IMG/VR virus record: IMGVR_UViG_3300032305_000230
Coordinates: 1 to 31,139 of that record
DNA: 31,139 bases
Source: a virus
Taxonomy: Duplodnaviria > Caudoviricetes
Direction: 5' to 3' (one strand)
The position numbers and the translations under genes were made by a program. Positions 1 through 8,206 of this stretch are shown piece by piece. Position 1 is the stretch's first letter. Every line of letters starts with the position of its first letter. Below the pieces are notes generated by a model. The model did no database searches, was not told the DNA's origin, and was given only the letters and a program-made list of their open reading frames with translations.

Positions 1-2205
1 ATTACGCCAGCAGATGAACTTGAGGCAATGCAAACTATTTCATTCCATAGTTTGATTCAGCGTAGTGTTAAAGGCTATCAAACTAACGTAGCTCAATCAT
101 TAGCTGTGATGCGTATTCCGCGTGAAGGGTTTATTGACCTTGAGGAAGCAACGGCTGGCTTGATGACAGGCTCTGATTTACGTAAGTTTGCTGATGCGTT
201 TTTAAGCCAAACTGATGCTGCTAAACGTGCTGCATTAATTGATGCTACTGCTACTGGTGGATGGAAAGATAAAGCCTTCTCAGTCTTTGTTAATAACATT
301 TTATCTCGCCCAGCTACGCATGTTAAAAATGCAATCAGTAATACTATGATGATGCCAGTTCGCATGATGGAACGTATTGGTGCTGCTGGTGTTGGCACAG
401 TTCGCAGAACAGTCGGGCTTGGTGCAGATGAACAATATTATTTTTCAGAAGTATTCTCTGGACTAGCAGGAACTAACCAAGCAATTAAAGATGGCTTTAA
501 CATGGCTAAGTTTGCAGCGCGTGAAGGGTATTCATCTACGCTTAATGATGCAAATAAGATTGAATTAGCTAAAGCAAGAACCGAGATTTTTGATTACAAC
601 GCAGATAGTCCATTAGCAGGATTCTTGAAGGCAACTAATTTTGTAGCTACGTTGCCAGGTCGTTCATTGTTGACAGCAGATGAGTTCTTTAAAGGCATGA
701 ACTTTAGGTTTGAGCTAGAAGCAATGGCAACACGTAATGGGATTAAAGCCTACGATGATGCAGTTAAAGCAGGCACTAAGTCAGTAGATGCTGAGAAGTT
801 ATATGATGATGCTGTGCAAAGTGTTTATGATAATCCACCAGCAGAGTTACAAACATTAGCACAAGAGGCTACGTTTACTAAGCCATTGGAAGGCTGGGCT
901 AAGAAGGCACAAGAGTTAATTAATGATGATTCATCTATTGGCTTTATGTTTAGGCTACAAATTCCATTTGTAACAACTCCAGTAAATTTACAGCTTCAAG
1001 TATTAGAAAGAACTCCATTTGCCCCAATAGTTGGAAAAGTTCGTGCAGATATTGCCAAGGGTGGTAAAGAGGGCGACTTGGCTTTAGCAAAGATTGGGAT
1101 GGGTACTGGTGCTGGTATGATGATGGCAGGATATGCGTCAGATGGAAAGATTACTGGTGCTGGCCCTGCTGATAAAGGTCAACGTGATTCTTTAACGCGT
1201 CAAGGATGGCAACCATATAGTTTAGTGTTTAACTTCTCTGATATGACTGAGACTCAAAAGGCTGAGTTTGCTAAATTGCCAGTAGATGTACGTTATGGCT
1301 CTGGTGATTATGCTGGTAAGGTTTACGTGTCCTATCAAGGCATGGAGCCTGTTGGTGCATTTATGGCAATTGCAGCTAACTACCATGAGTATGTTAAATA
1401 TGAAAATGACAATAGTAAAATCAATGCAATGAGAGCTGGTCTTGTTTATGGATTTTATGACTATTGGATGCAGAGTCCATTCTTACAAGGTATTAGCAAT
1501 ATCTCATCAGCACTTGGTGTGACATATCGTTCTAACCAAGATGATGCAGTTAAGTTAATGGATACACTAGGTCAATCACTTGTCAACTTTGCTGGTAGAA
1601 CAGTAGTTCCGTTAAGTGGTTTGGTATCATCTATTCGTGAAAAGACTGACCCATATCAACGTGAATATAAGATTGACCCTAATGCTGAAAGCAACTTGCC
1701 AACAGGCGTTAGACAAGGTATCAATGACGTATTGAATACTGTGCCAGGATTAAGTGACACATTGCCATTGAAGCTAAACTTATGGGGTGAGCCTGTAGAG
1801 TATGAGTATTCATGGTCGCCTATTCGCATGAAGGCTGGCAAACAGAATGAAGCTGACCAAGTTATTATTCAGAGTGGCTCTAAAGTTAAAATGCCTACAC
1901 GTAACATAAGCCATGAAGTTGAAAAAGGATTGAGCGTTACTGTTGATTTGTCGCCACAAGAATACAATGAGATGTTGCAGATTGCTAATGACCCAGCAGG
2001 GTTAAACTTGCAGACAAGGTTAGTTGAATTTGCAGATGAAATTAAAACGCTTCCATTGTATAGACAACAAGGGATGATTAGTAGTTTTGTTCAAGAGTCA
2101 TTTTCAAAAGCAAGAAAAATATTGTATGCTAACTCACCAGAGATACAAGATAGAATACAACAACGAGCAGATATTATTAGAGACGTAGGACAGGGAGCTA
2201 AATAG
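1..2205 (+). CDS. Large internal virion (ejection) protein, 5'-truncated
   Basis: Frame is open from base 1 (first ATG at 28 is probably internal). Long helical Ala/Gly-rich protein directly upstream of the tail fibre gene, the usual slot of the last internal virion protein in podoviruses. Confidence 0.65.
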   Translation: MTPADELEAMQTISFHSLIQRSVKGYQTNVAQSLAVMRIPREGFIDLEEATAGLMTGSDLRKFADAFLSQTDAAKRAALIDATATGGWKDKAFSVFVNNILSRPATHVKNAISNTMMMPVRMMERIGAAGVGTVRRTVGLGADEQYYFSEVFSGLAGTNQAIKDGFNMAKFAAREGYSSTLNDANKIELAKARTEIFDYNADSPLAGFLKATNFVATLPGRSLLTADEFFKGMNFRFELEAMATRNGIKAYDDAVKAGTKSVDAEKLYDDAVQSVYDNPPAELQTLAQEATFTKPLEGWAKKAQELINDDSSIGFMFRLQIPFVTTPVNLQLQVLERTPFAPIVGKVRADIAKGGKEGDLALAKIGMGTGAGMMMAGYASDGKITGAGPADKGQRDSLTRQGWQPYSLVFNFSDMTETQKAEFAKLPVDVRYGSGDYAGKVYVSYQGMEPVGAFMAIAANYHEYVKYENDNSKINAMRAGLVYGFYDYWMQSPFLQGISNISSALGVTYRSNQDDAVKLMDTLGQSLVNFAGRTVVPLSGLVSSIREKTDPYQREYKIDPNAESNLPTGVRQGINDVLNTVPGLSDTLPLKLNLWGEPVEYEYSWSPIRMKAGKQNEADQVIIQSGSKVKMPTRNISHEVEKGLSVTVDLSPQEYNEMLQIANDPAGLNLQTRLVEFADEIKTLPLYRQQGMISSFVQESFSKARKILYANSPEIQDRIQQRADIIRDVGQGAK

Positions 2206-2206
2206 C

Positions 2207-3670
2207 ATGGCAGATTATCCAATTAGTAACGTAGAAAGACGTATCGTGTACACAGGCTCTGCTGGTGTTGGCCCCTACGCTTTTCCATTTGAAGTGCTAA
2301 CTAATACAGACATTAACGTATATAAGAATGATACGCTATTGACGCTAACAACCAACTACACAGTTACGATTAGTCCCACTTTGGGAACAGGCTCAATTAC
2401 TCTTGTCGTTGCGGCTACAGGTTCAGACCGTATTACTATCATTGGTGCTAGGGCAATTCAAAGAACAACAGACTTTACGACTGGTGGCGACTTCTTTGCT
2501 AACACATTGAACGATGAGATGGATTCACAGACAATCCTTACTCAGCAAGTAGCAGAAACAGCAGAGCGTTCTATTAAAGCGCCTGTGACTGACCCTACTA
2601 CTATTGACATGACGTTGCCAAATAACACAACGCGAGCTAGTAAGTTCCTGTCCTTTGATGCTAATGGTAATCCACAAGCATTAAATTCTATTGGTACATA
2701 TAAAGGCAATTGGGCATCTGGTGTAGCGTATGTATTACAAGACATCATAAAAGATACATCTAATAATAATATTTATATTTGTATTACTGCACACACATCT
2801 ACTGGCTCACAACCTATATCATCTAATGCCGATGTAGCTAAATGGTCTCTTTTAGTAGACTCTGCATCTGCAAGCACAAGTGCAAGTAATGCTGCAACAA
2901 GCGCATCTAATGCCGCAACAAGTGCAAGTAATGCTTCTAGTTCTGCATCATCAGCAAGTTCATCTGCATCTACTGCAACAACTCAAGCAAGCAACGCTTC
3001 AACATCTGCAAGTAATGCGGCTACATCAGCAACTAATGCTGCCAATAGCTTTGATTCTTTTGATGATAGATACCTTGGCTCTAAAGCATCTGCTCCATCT
3101 GTAGATAATGATGGCAATGCTTTATTGACTGGCGCGTTATATTGGAACTCATCACTAAACCAAATTTATGTTTGGAGTGGCTCTGCTTGGAATCAAGCTG
3201 CGTTTGATATTACTGGAACTGGAGTTGCTTCATTTAATACTAGAGGTGGCGCAGTCACATTAACATCTACTGACGTAACTAATGCTTTAACATTTACGCC
3301 AATAAGTGCATCATCAACAAATACACTTACTAATAAAACGCTAACAAGTCCTGTGATGATAGGAACTTTAGTTGAAGATGTGTTTACAATTACGGATGCT
3401 GCTGGCTTTGCTATTGACCCTGATAATGGTTCAATCCAATTAGTAACTTTAGGGGCAAACCGTACTCCAACTGTTGCTAACTTTGCGGCTGGTGAAGCAG
3501 TAACCTTAATGATTGACGATGGCACAGCACGTACTATTACATGGACAACTATTGGTGTTGTATGGGTTGGTGGTACTGCTCCTACATTATCCACTTCAGG
3601 TTACACGGTGATTGAATTATGGCGAGTAGGTTCTACTTACTACGGTGCATTAGTTGGGAACGTAGCATAA
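2207..3670 (+). CDS. Tail fibre protein with T7 gp17-like N-terminal adaptor
   Basis: N-terminus YTGSAGVGPYAFPFEVLTNTDINVYKN...LNDEMD resembles the T7-type fibre anchor. Ser/Ala-rich repeat stalk, then FDDRYLG...GALYWN motif. RBS GGGAG upstream. Confidence 0.85.
   Translation: MADYPISNVERRIVYTGSAGVGPYAFPFEVLTNTDINVYKNDTLLTLTTNYTVTISPTLGTGSITLVVAATGSDRITIIGARAIQRTTDFTTGGDFFANTLNDEMDSQTILTQQVAETAERSIKAPVTDPTTIDMTLPNNTTRASKFLSFDANGNPQALNSIGTYKGNWASGVAYVLQDIIKDTSNNNIYICITAHTSTGSQPISSNADVAKWSLLVDSASASTSASNAATSASNAATSASNASSSASSASSSASTATTQASNASTSASNAATSATNAANSFDSFDDRYLGSKASAPSVDNDGNALLTGALYWNSSLNQIYVWSGSAWNQAAFDITGTGVASFNTRGGAVTLTSTDVTNALTFTPISASSTNTLTNKTLTSPVMIGTLVEDVFTITDAAGFAIDPDNGSIQLVTLGANRTPTVANFAAGEAVTLMIDDGTARTITWTTIGVVWVGGTAPTLSTSGYTVIELWRVGSTYYGALVGNVA
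2862..3045 (+). repeat. Low-complexity Ser/Ala/Thr/Asn repeats (ATSASNA-type) in the tail fibre stalk
   Basis: Protein reads SASASTSASNAATSASNAATSASNASSSASSASSSASTATTQASNASTSASNAATSATNAA. Confidence 0.85.
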
Positions 3671-4353
3671 TGATACTTAGTCACGCATTAAGAGCAAGTA
3701 ATGGAGCAATAGATGTAACTTATCTTGGAAGGTTTGATTCAGCAAGCGCTGCTGGCACAACCATTTCATTTAGTAGCGTTGATTTTGGAATTGAAAGTGC
3801 TACTAGAAGAATATACATATCTATTTTAGCAAACCCAGCTACAAGTGGCCCAACAGCAACATTAACAAGTGCCACTATTGATGGTAATTCAGCAACTATT
3901 ATTGCTGAAAATCCTTCATCAACAGCATCTATTGTTATCCAAGGATTAATTGCAGTTGCCCTTCCAACAGGAACATCAGGAACAGTAACATTAACATTTA
4001 GTCAAAACATTTTTGCTGCTTCTGGGGTAATATTTGTTTATGGAGTAACTAATCAAACTTCATCTATTGCAACTGCATTAGTTCAAGAGGTTAGTATATT
4101 ACAACTATCTAGCACAACATCTGAATCTAGCTCTGTATCTACTGCCTCTAGTGGATTTATGATTGGAACTCTTGCAACATTATTCACAGTTGATAATATG
4201 ACATACACAAATATGCCAATTAACTCTGGCTCTGCTTCTGCAACTAAATTTACTGGTTTGCAAACAAACACATCAGGAAGTTCAACAACTTATGGATTTA
4301 GTTGGACAGTAAATTCTCCATCAAATAGATATTTTGTAAGTTTAAAAGGGTAA
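3670..4353 (+). CDS. Putative distal tail fibre / receptor-binding protein (227 aa)
   Basis: ATG at 3670 overlaps the fibre stop (TAATG), a better start than 3619. Ser/Thr-rich, beta-rich and AT-rich. Confidence 0.55.
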   Translation: MILSHALRASNGAIDVTYLGRFDSASAAGTTISFSSVDFGIESATRRIYISILANPATSGPTATLTSATIDGNSATIIAENPSSTASIVIQGLIAVALPTGTSGTVTLTFSQNIFAASGVIFVYGVTNQTSSIATALVQEVSILQLSSTTSESSSVSTASSGFMIGTLATLFTVDNMTYTNMPINSGSASATKFTGLQTNTSGSSTTYGFSWTVNSPSNRYFVSLKG

Positions 4354-4357
4354 ATAA

Positions 4358-4762
4358 ATGTATATTAAATTAAAAGGTGGAGTTGTAGAACAATATCCTT
4401 ACTCCATTAATCAGCTTAAACAAGATAACAAAGATACTTCATTCCCTGCTGAAATGTCAGATGAAAGATTAGCTGAGTGGGATGTGCTTCCTGTAGTTCA
4501 AACAGCTTATCCGCAAGTAGACTATACTAAAAATGTAGTTGAAGGCGAGCCTGTTTTAATTGGTAACTCTTGGCATCAAGTGTGGACTGTTACAGACAAA
4601 ACACAAAGTGAAGTTGATACCATTGCAACACAGTTAAGAGCAGATGCGTACCGTAATGAATCAGACCCACTATTCTTTAAAGCACAGCGTGGTGAAATTA
4701 CACAACAAGTTTGGTTAGATAAAGTCAACGAAATTAAAACAAGATTTCCTAAAGGTAATTAA
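4358..4762 (+). CDS. Tail-fibre-associated protein / assembly chaperone-like
   Basis: YPYSINQLKQDN..TSFP motif, typical of small proteins following phage fibre genes; position supports this. Confidence 0.55.
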   Translation: MYIKLKGGVVEQYPYSINQLKQDNKDTSFPAEMSDERLAEWDVLPVVQTAYPQVDYTKNVVEGEPVLIGNSWHQVWTVTDKTQSEVDTIATQLRADAYRNESDPLFFKAQRGEITQQVWLDKVNEIKTRFPKGN

Positions 4763-4764
4763 AA

Positions 4765-5025
4765 ATGGATGACCAAACAACACGACTTAATCGTATTGAG
4801 GAAAAGCTAGACAAGGTTGGCGAAGCTATCATCTCTCTTGCCCGTATGGAAGAACGAATGATTACTTTGTTCAAGCGCATGGACACATACGATATGCAAC
4901 AATCTTTGCTTGAAGTAAGAGTAAACAAGATGGAAGTAAACTCTGCATCTAGTGCGTGGGTAGAGCGAGTTGTTTGGCTAATCGTTGGTGGCTTAATTAT
5001 GGGAACAATCTACTTTGGTAAATAG
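4765..5025 (+). CDS. Coiled-coil protein with C-terminal TM helix (XhlA/holin-like lysis-cassette protein)
   Basis: RLNRIEEKLDKV heptads followed by hydrophobic VVWLIVGGLIMGTIYFG; overlaps the endolysin start. Confidence 0.55.
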   Translation: MDDQTTRLNRIEEKLDKVGEAIISLARMEERMITLFKRMDTYDMQQSLLEVRVNKMEVNSASSAWVERVVWLIVGGLIMGTIYFGK

Positions 5026-5428
5026 TCGTTCATTAGATGAGCTTCATCCTAAAGTCAAAGAGCTTTGCGAGAAGTTTATTCACGCCTGCTCTACGCAAGG
5101 GATTGATGTAATCATTACTTCTACCTATCGTGATGGGGAAAGTCAAAATGCTATCTATGCTCAAGGCCGTACTAAGTCAGGTAAAATCGTTACCAATGCT
5201 AGAGCTGGTCAATCTTTTCATAATTTTCGTTGCGCTTTTGATTTTGTTCCCATTGTAAATGGCAAGGCTCAATGGTCAGACTTAAACTTATTTGAGAAGT
5301 GTGGAAAGATTGCAGAGATATGTGGGTTAGAATGGGCAGGTCGTTGGACTAAGTTCAGAGAGTATGCACATTGCCAGTACACAGGCGGATTAACTTTGTA
5401 CGACTTACAATCAGGCAAAACGTTTTAA
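5015..5428 (+). CDS. Endolysin, peptidase M15 family (L-Ala-D-Glu endopeptidase type)
   Basis: TYR..Q..IYAQGRT, SFHNFRCAFD (SxH...AxD Zn ligands) and WAGRW...EYAHCQ (third His ligand). Confidence 0.9.
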   Translation: MVNSRSLDELHPKVKELCEKFIHACSTQGIDVIITSTYRDGESQNAIYAQGRTKSGKIVTNARAGQSFHNFRCAFDFVPIVNGKAQWSDLNLFEKCGKIAEICGLEWAGRWTKFREYAHCQYTGGLTLYDLQSGKTF

Positions 5429-5437
5429 GGAGTAATT

Positions 5438-5824
5438 ATGTTTAGTGGTTTAGCTAGTTTGATTTTCCCAGCACTCATGCCAGCACTAACCGATGGACTA
5501 CGTGGCATCTTTGCTAAAGTAACAGGTGGCGCAGGCGGTACTCCACAGAATGTCAATGAGCGTATTCAACTCATGCAAGCTGAGACTGCTAGACTTCAAG
5601 CCCTTGCTGATATTGATAAGCCAAGTGGGGAGCCAAGTCGTTGGGTAACTGACATGCGTTCATCCTTTCGATACATTGCTATCCTCATTATATGGCTTGC
5701 TACTATTGGTGCCGTATTCACACCAGACATTGCTCAACCGATTACATTGATGATGCTAGACTTAAGTGGCGCATGTATGTCATTTGTTATTGGCGAGCGA
5801 ATGTATTTGAGTCTAAAAAAATGA
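5438..5824 (+). CDS. Putative holin (3TM-holin-like)
   Basis: Hydrophobic N-terminus plus two C-terminal TM segments after WVTDMRSSFR. RBS AAGGAG; adjacent to the endolysin. Confidence 0.65.
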   Translation: MFSGLASLIFPALMPALTDGLRGIFAKVTGGAGGTPQNVNERIQLMQAETARLQALADIDKPSGEPSRWVTDMRSSFRYIAILIIWLATIGAVFTPDIAQPITLMMLDLSGACMSFVIGERMYLSLKK

Positions 5825-6582
5825 GCGTTCATTTAGTTATCCCAGATGTCCAAGCAAAGGATGGGAATGACTTTACTTTCCTAAAGTGTCTTGGAAATTT
5901 TATTGTAGAAAAACAGCCTGACGTTGTGATTTGTATCGGAGATTGGGCAGACATGGAATCATTGTCCACCTATGACAAAGGATTAAAGTCATTTGAAGGC
6001 AAGAGGTACACCAAGGATTTATTTGCAGCCAGAGACGCTATGGATGCGTTGCTAGAACCGCTCTATAGATATAATAAGACTGCAAAGAAGAACAAGCACA
6101 AGCAATACAAGCCTCGCATGGTGATGACACTTGGCAACCATGAGAATAGAATCAATCGTGCTATCAATGAAGATAGTAAATTAGAAGGGCTGATGTCAAT
6201 TGATGATTTACCGTTTCAGGATTGGGAAGTACATCCGTTTCTTGACGTTGTTTGTATTGATGGCATTGCCTATAGTCATTATTTTACCTCTGGCCCCATG
6301 GGTCGCCCTATATGTAGCGCTCAAGCATTACTTACAAAGAAGCACATGAGTTGTTTTGCAGGCCACCAACAAGGCAGACAGATTGCTTACGGCAAAAGAG
6401 CTACGGGCCAGGAGATGACAGCTATTATCTGTGGGTCTTGCTATGAACATGATGAAGATTACTTAGGGCCACAAGGCAACCAACACTTTAGAGGCTTCTA
6501 TGTCTTGCATGATGTCAATGACGGCTCATTCGATGAGATGGCTGTGTCGATTAAATTTTTAAAAGAAAGGTACAACTACTAA
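5821..6582 (+). CDS. Calcineurin-like metallophosphoesterase
   Basis: Motifs IPDVQ, GDWAD, GNHE, HYF and GHQQ. Start at ATG 5821 (ATGA overlap with the holin stop) rather than 5692. Confidence 0.85.
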   Translation: MSVHLVIPDVQAKDGNDFTFLKCLGNFIVEKQPDVVICIGDWADMESLSTYDKGLKSFEGKRYTKDLFAARDAMDALLEPLYRYNKTAKKNKHKQYKPRMVMTLGNHENRINRAINEDSKLEGLMSIDDLPFQDWEVHPFLDVVCIDGIAYSHYFTSGPMGRPICSAQALLTKKHMSCFAGHQQGRQIAYGKRATGQEMTAIICGSCYEHDEDYLGPQGNQHFRGFYVLHDVNDGSFDEMAVSIKFLKERYNY

Positions 6583-6776
6583 TGATTAACCAGCAGGAAG
6601 AACAAGAAGAAGAATCAATGGTAGACTTGTGTGAAAAGATGCTTGGTTCTGAGATTGATGAGATTGCAGTAGACTCTGACAACGAGATTGTTTATATCTA
6701 TACTAGCAATGGCATGATTCAGATTAGTGGCGATGACTTACGGATGCACGTTTCATGTGATAAGTTTGATGATTAA
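6582..6776 (+). CDS. Small acidic hypothetical protein
   Basis: ORF track; TAATG coupling to the upstream gene. Confidence 0.6.
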   Translation: MINQQEEQEEESMVDLCEKMLGSEIDEIAVDSDNEIVYIYTSNGMIQISGDDLRMHVSCDKFDD

Positions 6777-6792
6777 TTAATGATTATCTCTA

Positions 6793-6821
6793 TTGCTTGT
6801 CTTTAATATTAGGCACATTAT
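6793..6821 (+). promoter_or_regulatory. Putative sigma70 promoter for pqqA
   Basis: TTGCTT(6793-98)-N17-CATTAT(6816-21), followed by a small hairpin AAGCA-CTTT-TGCTT (6829-42) and RBS AAGGA (6853-57). Confidence 0.5.
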
Positions 6822-6864
6822 TAAACACAAGCACTTTTGCTTATCATATATTAAGGACTACATC

Positions 6865-6936
6865 ATGTGGACTAAACCAACAGCTACTGAAATGCGTTTT
6901 GGCTTTGAAGTAACAATGTATGTTATGAATAAGTAA
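6865..6936 (+). CDS. pqqA: Pyrroloquinoline quinone precursor peptide PqqA (23 aa)
   Basis: Hand translation gives MWTKPTATEMRFGFEVTMYVMNK*, with the canonical W-x-x-P...R-x-G-F-E-V-T-x-Y signature including ExxxY. RBS present. Too short for the ORF track. Confidence 0.95.
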   Translation: MWTKPTATEMRFGFEVTMYVMNK

Positions 6937-7033
6937 GTTTTACGTAGACATAAACCAGCGTCAATGCAGTACAGAATCCTAAAGCAAAGGCGCTGGCGTA
7001 ACAAATAATATATTGTAAGATTACATCAATCAT
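6923..7033 (-). CDS. Small membrane protein (36 aa)
   Basis: MIDVILQYIICYASAFALGFCTALTLVYVYVKLTYS*, one TM helix. Last ORF of the leftward operon; overlaps the pqqA 3' end by 14 bp. Confidence 0.5.
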   Translation of the reverse strand: MIDVILQYIICYASAFALGFCTALTLVYVYVKLTYS

Positions 7034-7092
7034 TGTAAACAGTCTTTAAAATTAACTCGCAGTAATGAATAGCTTTTCTCACATTTAGTCAT
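7026..7092 (-). pseudogene. Deletion remnant of a DUF3310-like gene
   Basis: Strong RBS AAGGAG plus ATG (7092) opens only 20 codons. An overlapping frame reads VRKAIHYCELILKTVYND*, like the DUF3310 C-terminal KAIHY helix. Confidence 0.5.
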
Positions 7093-7167
7093 GCAATTCT
7101 CCTTTATAGTGGACATAATGTTAGCTATAAGCCACATATCATCCGTTAAGATACATGAAAGTAACTC

Positions 7168-7311
7168 TTACTTAACTTCATCTGCTTTTCCTGTCATCTG
7201 ATGGTAATTACCTTGCCCATCTTTAAGCGTAATCGTGCAGCTTTGATGCAAACTAGCCCACAATATCATGGTTAAAAATGTTACTAGGCATCCTAAGATT
7301 GCGTTATTCAT
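7168..7311 (-). CDS. Small membrane-anchored protein (47 aa)
   Basis: MNNAILGCLVTFLTMILWASLHQSCTITLKDGQGNYHQMTGKADEVK*; ATGA overlap with the upstream stop. Confidence 0.55.
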   Translation of the reverse strand: MNNAILGCLVTFLTMILWASLHQSCTITLKDGQGNYHQMTGKADEVK

Positions 7312-7850
7312 AGTGGGCCTATTGCGCTATCAAAGATTGCAAACGTGCTGCCAATGCCACGATTAACCTTGTCTGACTTGCTACGTTGCCAAGCGTACCA
7401 TCCTGCTGGCTTGTTTGTATTTAGGTAAGTCGTGCAATTGGGATTATCCTTGTCAACGATGATAGTCCTAGACTCAAACTCATTCATGTTGCGATTCATC
7501 TTTTGCTCGGCATCAAGCCTGTTTAACTCACGTTGTAAGTCGCCTAATTGCAAATGCTCAATGCGTTCAATATATTTTTGGCCTTCGAATACTTTGTTTG
7601 TCTTGCTGTAAAACATGGCTACCTTATTATCAATAGGGCATCTTTGTTTGTAGGCTACTTTGATATATTTGCGTGCCTTTAAATAAACTAAGTCATAGTT
7701 GAGACGGCTTCTGCTCTCGTATTGCTGAAGGATTTGCGCTGCTGTCTTTGGCCCATCGCTGATAAACTCAAGCAATCCAACCTGGCGCTTCATTGAAATC
7801 ATGCGAAGTAATCCGCGTTTGTTTACTGTGTTTTCTAATTTAATTTTCAT
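7308..7850 (-). CDS. Hypothetical protein, possible winged-helix DNA-binding N-terminus
   Basis: ORF track; RBS AGGA; basic, with a LLEFISDGPKTAAQI wHTH-like segment. Confidence 0.55.
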   Translation of the reverse strand: MKIKLENTVNKRGLLRMISMKRQVGLLEFISDGPKTAAQILQQYESRSRLNYDLVYLKARKYIKVAYKQRCPIDNKVAMFYSKTNKVFEGQKYIERIEHLQLGDLQRELNRLDAEQKMNRNMNEFESRTIIVDKDNPNCTTYLNTNKPAGWYAWQRSKSDKVNRGIGSTFAIFDSAIGPL

Positions 7851-7871
7851 GATAGTTTCCTAATAGTTGGT

Positions 7872-7930
7872 GGGGTACTAACGTAATTACGATTATAAAA
7901 GTTGGCACAATATATCGTACGCTTTCCCCC
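7872..7930 (-). ncRNA. Structured RNA hairpin with a loop E (sarcin-ricin type) motif
   Basis: Minus strand reads GGG-GAA-AGCGTA...TACGTT-AGTA-CCC, an AGUA/GAA internal loop flanked by stems. Confidence 0.45.
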
Positions 7931-7940
7931 ATTCTTTACA

Positions 7941-8204
7941 TTAAAATGGTACGTCTGAATCCATTTCATCTAGTGGTTGGTTCTGATAGGCATTACCCTT
8001 TGCCATCTCTTTTACTGGAGCTAGGTCAGGTTCTGCTAAGTTAGCAAAGCCATCCCAGTTCAATGGAATCGTCTCAAGTTTGGCAGCTAGGCCACCTGTC
8101 TTTGTTTCCATTACAACACCAATCTTAATCCAACGTGCTTTGGTGTCACCGTTCTTGTCTTTATATTCGCCATTCTTTGCTACTAAGTTATATTTTACAG
8201 CCAT
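7941..8204 (-). CDS. ssb: Single-stranded DNA-binding protein (short phage type)
   Basis: Beta-rich core, acidic tail DEMDSDVPF, and position beside exonuclease and annealase genes. Confidence 0.7.
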   Translation of the reverse strand: MAVKYNLVAKNGEYKDKNGDTKARWIKIGVVMETKTGGLAAKLETIPLNWDGFANLAEPDLAPVKEMAKGNAYQNQPLDEMDSDVPF

Positions 8205-8206
8205 GA

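Noticed and set aside
2207-4353. Diversity-generating retroelement, given the BPP-1-like head genes
   Set aside because: No reverse transcriptase and no adenine-variant TR/VR repeat pair seen in the window.
5692-5820. N-terminal extensions in the ORF track (starts at 5692, and likewise 3619 and 9027)
   Set aside because: They overlap upstream genes extensively; coupled or RBS-bearing starts at 5821, 3670 and 8949 fit better.
6777-7100. A complete pqq operon or host chromosomal fragment
   Set aside because: No pqqB-E present, and both flanks are phage-type genes.
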